Assembly: GCA_951406725.2 (NCBI GenBank)
Contig: OX597832.1
Location: 26,846,001-26,910,000, forward strand
Direction: 5' to 3'
Length of the DNA: 64,000 bases
DNA from: Octopus vulgaris
Lineage: Eukaryota
Positions within the stretch are counted from its first letter, which is position 1. Each line of letters opens with the position of its first letter. The notes below the pieces were generated by a model, which worked only from the letters and a program-made list of their open reading frames with translations, made no database searches and was not told the DNA's origin. This document shows, in pieces, positions 60,001 through 64,000 of this stretch. Made by a program: the position numbers and the translations under genes.

Positions 60001-60781
60001 CGCAGGGTAAACATCAGACAACACAGTTGTATCAATCAAAAGTTCAGAATAACAAAAACAAACTTTGTAAAACTCCTTGAAAAATAAACTTACTGGTTCG
60101 TGTAAGAATGTCGGTTTAGCTTCATTGCTGAAAAAGACAAAAGGAAATATTTCCTCAATAAGATATTCACAGGAGTGATGGTCACTATCAAAGGACAGAC
60201 AAGTTCTTTATAAAACACATCCACAACTCATTGTCATAATTTCTAGCTGAAACTTATATTATTGTCTTTGTTCCCATCTGTTTAAGCTGGAATGACTCTT
60301 GGAGTAAAACTTGCATAACTTTTGGCTGAGTTTTTCCAAAAATCAAAATCATTTTTGTCAAATGTGAGATATTAGTAATGTTAATATTAAATATTGTGGT
60401 TAAGGAAATTAGCAGAGGAACCACAGACATAACACCATGTGGTACATTTAGTTAAGTTACATTCCATTGTGTTCTGAGTTCAATTCTGACAGAGGTCAAC
60501 TATGGCTTCCTTCTTCCTATGTGCTTTTTATGTGCAGGTGGCACATAAAAAGCACCACTTGAGTGTGACCGTTGCCAGTACCGCCTAACTGGCCCTTGTG
60601 CCTGTGGCACGTAAAAGCACCCACTATACTCTCAGGGTGGTTGGTGTTAAGAAAGGCATCCAGCTGTAGAAACTCTGCCAGATCAAGATTGGAACCTGGT
60701 GCAGCCATCTGGTTCGCCAGTCCTCAGTCAAACCATCCAACCCATGCTAGCATGGAAAACAGACATTAAACGACGATGATG

Positions 60782-60838
<57 letters not shown>

Positions 60839-63492
60839 CTCTCTCTTTGGGAGAGGCACAAGCACCTACACGCACATATACACACACGGCAGTAACTTCC
60901 ACCTACCGAATTCAATCACAAAGCTCCGGTCAGCTCGGGGCTATAGTGAAAGACACCTACCCAAAGTGCCACGCAGTGGACTGAACCCGAAACCATGTAG
61001 CTAGGAAGCAAGCTCCCTAACCACACAGCCATATATATATATATATATATATATATCCAGACACAATTCAGGCACACAACACAAAAATACACTTCAACAT
61101 AATCATTTTCCCTCAACAGGATCTGATCTATTTTACACCATGATGATGATACAATATAATACACACGCAAATCAGTCCAAATTATACACCTCAATCATTA
61201 GTCTTAATTAATCAGTGGTGCAGAAAGTCATTAAAAGGTCATGACACCCACACCTCACACCAGTCTGCTCAAATCAATAGAATTATTTTGGAAAAAAAAA
61301 AGTAAAAATCAATAATGGTAAATTCCTTACTTATTTGGAATATGGGAGAATATTTCTCTGACCCATTCATCGAGAACATCGAGGGTTTCTGAAAAATCAA
61401 AGAATTTACAAGAGAAACTTAATGAAGAACAAGAATTAGAGACACAATGACTTTCGGAAACATTTTTTTCACCCTAAGAATTGCTGAAGCATGGAACAAA
61501 CTGCCAGCATCAGTTGTTAGTTGTCGGAGCACTGCATCCTTCAAAACTTCCATGCTTCCTGAGATTCGCCAACGCTACACCTGATTTTCTCCCCTCCATA
61601 CACACACAAGCATGTATCTGACTCATACATTGTTCGCTTTCCAGACATTTGTACATTACTGCATATGCTTTATATGCACTTTTGACAAGTTGTGGTGCAC
61701 CTGAGCATCATGATTTAACGTCCGCTTTCCATGCTAGCATGGGTTGGACGATTTTGACTGAGGGCTGGCGAACCAGATGGCTGCACCAGGCCCCAATCTT
61801 GATCTGGCAGCCCTCCCTAATGCCAACCACTCCGAGAGTGTAGTGGGTGCTTTTTACGTGCCACCAGCATGTATACAATAATTTCATTATTATTATTGTT
61901 ATTATTATTATTAATTATTATTATAATCCAGAGTATTGTGTCGAATCAAAAGTTTTGCAATATTTTGGTAACTTATTTGTTTTATTCATCAACTTAGAAC
62001 AAAAGCATTCAAAGCAGAGGCTATCGAGTTGCACTGTCTGAAGCCATCTTTCTACCAGTTCTTTGATCCCATGCTGATACCAGTTCTTGTCCTTCGAGGT
62101 GAAGACGATTCCTTCACAGAGGCTTCCACCTCCTCTTGGTTGATGAAGCATCATGAACACAAGAGGTGAGCCATGGGACCATGGAATGGAACAAGCAATA
62201 ATCTGAAGGAACTATGTATATACTGGCTGTGGCATCAGTTTGATTTCCTCAAGTTCCTGCAGTTTATTCAGAGCCATTCAAATAATTTACTTATATTCCT
62301 GTACATACTGAGTTCAAATCCTGCCAGAATCAGTTTATCCATTACCTTCCTGGGGCTCTGTAATATAAGTGCCAATCAAATACTGGGAAGTAGGTGGGGG
62401 TTGATCTGATAATCTAATCCCTTCACCAAAGAGCATGTGACATTGTACAGGCATTGAATACATTATTTCTTGTATATTCTTTTCAACAGGTGTGTGCAGG
62501 TGCTCCTGTACAGGTAGCACATAAAAAACACCATTTGAGTGTGAAAAAACATTCGAGTGAGGTGGTCATTGCCAGTGCCGCTGGACTGGCTCCTGTGCAG
62601 GTGGTACGTAAAAAACACCACTTGAGCGAGGCCGTTGCCAGTACTACCTGACTAGCCCTCATGCCAGTGGAATGTAAAACCACCCACTACACTCTCAGAG
62701 TGGTTGGCGTTAGGAAAGGCATCCAGCTGTAGAAACTCTGCCAGAACAGATTGGAGTCTGGTGCAGCCATCTGGTTTGCTAGTCCTCAGTCAAACCGTCC
62801 AACCCATGCCAGCATGGAAAGTGGACGTTAAACGATGATGATGATGATGATGATTCTTTTCAGCAACATGGCTTTCGTAAACAGCAGCAGCATGGGTTAT
62901 TGATTTCCAACAGCTCAATCATTGGTTTAAGGAATTTCCAATCACATTAGTGATAAAGGGAGTGTCTGTGCAACTCGGGTGGAATAAACAACACAGTGTT
63001 TCGTTCAATGCATCAGTTTATTGGTTTAACAATGTGCATATTTTTCACCAGATCAGCTTCCACACAGTTTTCTTCTAAACTCTATTCAAAAGGTGTTGGT
63101 TAACCCAACTCTAGAGTAGAGATACTTGCCCAAGGTATCGTTCGACCTATGGCTAGAGAAAAAGTACTTGCTCAAGGTATTGTTCAACACAAAGCTAGAG
63201 TGGAGATACTTGCCCAAGGCTTTGTGCAATCTGAGGTTAAATTAGAAGACACTTGCCCAAGGAGCAACGGAGAGGGTTTGAAACCAGAACCCTTTGGTTG
63301 TAAAAATAATAACAACTGACACAGCCACACACACACACACACACACACGAATAGAAGTGGTTTGCTTACCTTTTGACTGGACAGCAAGGGTCATAAAATG
63401 GGCAGAATACATCTTCTGGTGATACTCCTTCAGTCGGCTGTACACATCAATGTTATCTTTATTGGGATCAGTGCGAAGTGACGTAATATTAC
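36654..63492 (-). CDS. NRDC: Nardilysin (M16A metallopeptidase), 3' portion; 5' exons including the HXXEH motif lie beyond the window end
   Basis: 26 phase-compatible GT-AG exons: 63370-63492, 61331-61388, 60094-60127, 58906-58945, 58512-58581, 57815-57892, 56631-56751, 55914-56027, 55052-55156, 54458-54581, 53316-53348, 52783-52833, 51599-51645, 50946-51021, 50696-50747, 49555-49638, 48762-48828, 47033-47160, 45662-45821, 44179-44250, 42303-42446, 41487-41623, 39558-39648, 38345-38461, 37649-37738, 36654-36902. Motifs YSAHFMTLAVQSKETLD, HEGAGSILSYLKK, LWYKKDTKFNIPK, VKGFNDKIP, EPLFDILRTKHQLGY and C-terminus ITNIDEFKETLTKLPNHKIQP* fit nardilysin better than IDE. Confidence 0.92.
37500..37607. 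repeat. 44-bp tandem repeat, ~2.5 copies
   Basis: CTGCAGTAACCAATGGCAAC recurs at 37500, 37544 and 37588. Confidence 0.9.
45884..46255 (+). mobile_element. R4/Dong-like non-LTR retrotransposon 3' remnant (restriction-like endonuclease C-terminus)
   Basis: Decayed IVNVACPFD...EKIVRYNPLKYEIIWLWKMKKVKIVSIIVGSLGTV; flanked by (TAA)n on both sides. Confidence 0.6.
52566..52709. repeat. 40-bp tandem repeat, ~3.5 copies
   Basis: Unit TGCTCCAGTATGGTCATCACTAGCCACAGTATGGCCATAT. Confidence 0.9.
57011..57523. mobile_element. Tc2/pogo-like MITE
   Basis: TA-flanked TIR CCGTAAATCCTCGAGTATA / TATACTCGAAGATTTACGG; internal repeated GTATAATACGCA motif. Confidence 0.75.
58095..58398 (+). mobile_element. Tc1-like transposase 3' remnant with right TIR
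   Basis: TKDELKAWIMAAFTNL...RFQSCLEAMVEANGDFIE* followed by the terminus CACCCTG-TA. Confidence 0.6.
59181..59722 (+). mobile_element. RTE-related non-autonomous retroelement with (GAT)n tail and internal subrepeats (representative copy)
   Basis: Conserved GGCGTTAGGAAGGGCATCCAGCTGTAGAAA block and tail AGCATGGAAAGCGGACGTTAAACGATGATGAT. Other copies near 2184-2407, 3704-3940, 7230-7635, 16885-17268, 18922-19385, 24054-24475, 25530-25950, 28830-29110, 32476-32870, 43595-43925, 44645-45135, 47283-47680, 49827-50175, 53437-53725, 60520-60783, 62480-62853. Confidence 0.75.
61436..61706 (+). mobile_element. CR1/L2-like LINE 3' end
   Basis: FRKHFFTLRIAEAWNKLPASVVSCRSTASFK is typical of the CR1 ORF2 C-terminus. 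Confidence 0.6.
61930..62110 (-). mobile_element. mariner transposase C-terminal remnant
   Basis: FTSKDKNWYQHGIKELVERWLQTV matches the mariner C-terminal pattern. Confidence 0.55.
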
Positions 63493-64000
63493 CTAAAACC
63501 AAACAATAGGGGTCAGTTTGTAATATTCCTGTGAATTATTACGAAAGTGATGAACTGGCTGAACCGTTAGTAAGTCCAGACAAAATGTCGCTAAGCGTTT
63601 CATGTGGCTCTGCATTCTGAGTTCAAGTGCTGCTGAGGCTGACTTTGCCCTTCATCTTTTCAGGGTCGATAAAATAGGTATAAGTCAACTGCTGGGGTCA
63701 ATGCAATTGAGTACCAACCCACTGAAATTTCAGGCCTTGTGCACATTAATAATAATAATCCTTTCTATTATAGGCACAAGGTCTGAAATTTCAGGAGAGA
63801 GGACTAGTCAATTATATCGACCTCAGTGTTCAACTTGTAATTATTTTATCGACCCTGAAAGGGTAAAAGGCAAAGTCGACCTCAGTGGAATTTGAACTCA
63901 GAACGTAGTGACAGGCGAAATGCCGCTAAGCATTTCGCCTGATGTGCTAATGATTCTGTCAGCTCATTGCCCGGAATGCAAACAATTCTGCCAGCTCACT

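Overview
AT-rich, microsatellite- and SINE-dense eukaryotic DNA. The SINE families and gene set suggest a coleoid cephalopod (Octopus-like); this is inference. Three spliced genes were reconstructed by hand from splice sites and reading phase: (1) a MORN-repeat radial spoke head 10B-like gene (RSPH10B, minus strand, ATG 21953, 13 exons to about 1606) with an RFX X-box just upstream; (2) a complete PQ-loop gene (SLC66A3/PQLC3-like, plus strand, 28567-34733, 218 aa) whose third intron is a U12 minor-spliceosome intron; (3) the 3' 26 exons of nardilysin (NRDC, minus strand, stop at 36654). Most notable non-genic signals: (a) a dispersed ~350-bp retroelement that joins a tRNA-derived Pol III head to a minimal Penelope-type hammerhead ribozyme and inserts with an inverted tail and ~12-bp TSD (3 copies); (b) a tandem pair of variant hammerhead-like motifs in sense orientation inside the U12 intron; (c) a 2.9-kb foldback DNA element with ~1.3-kb near-identical arms and a 9-bp TSD, sharing a bipartite terminal motif with three short MITEs and lying between two divergent genes. 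All coordinates were read by eye; repeat boundaries are approximate.
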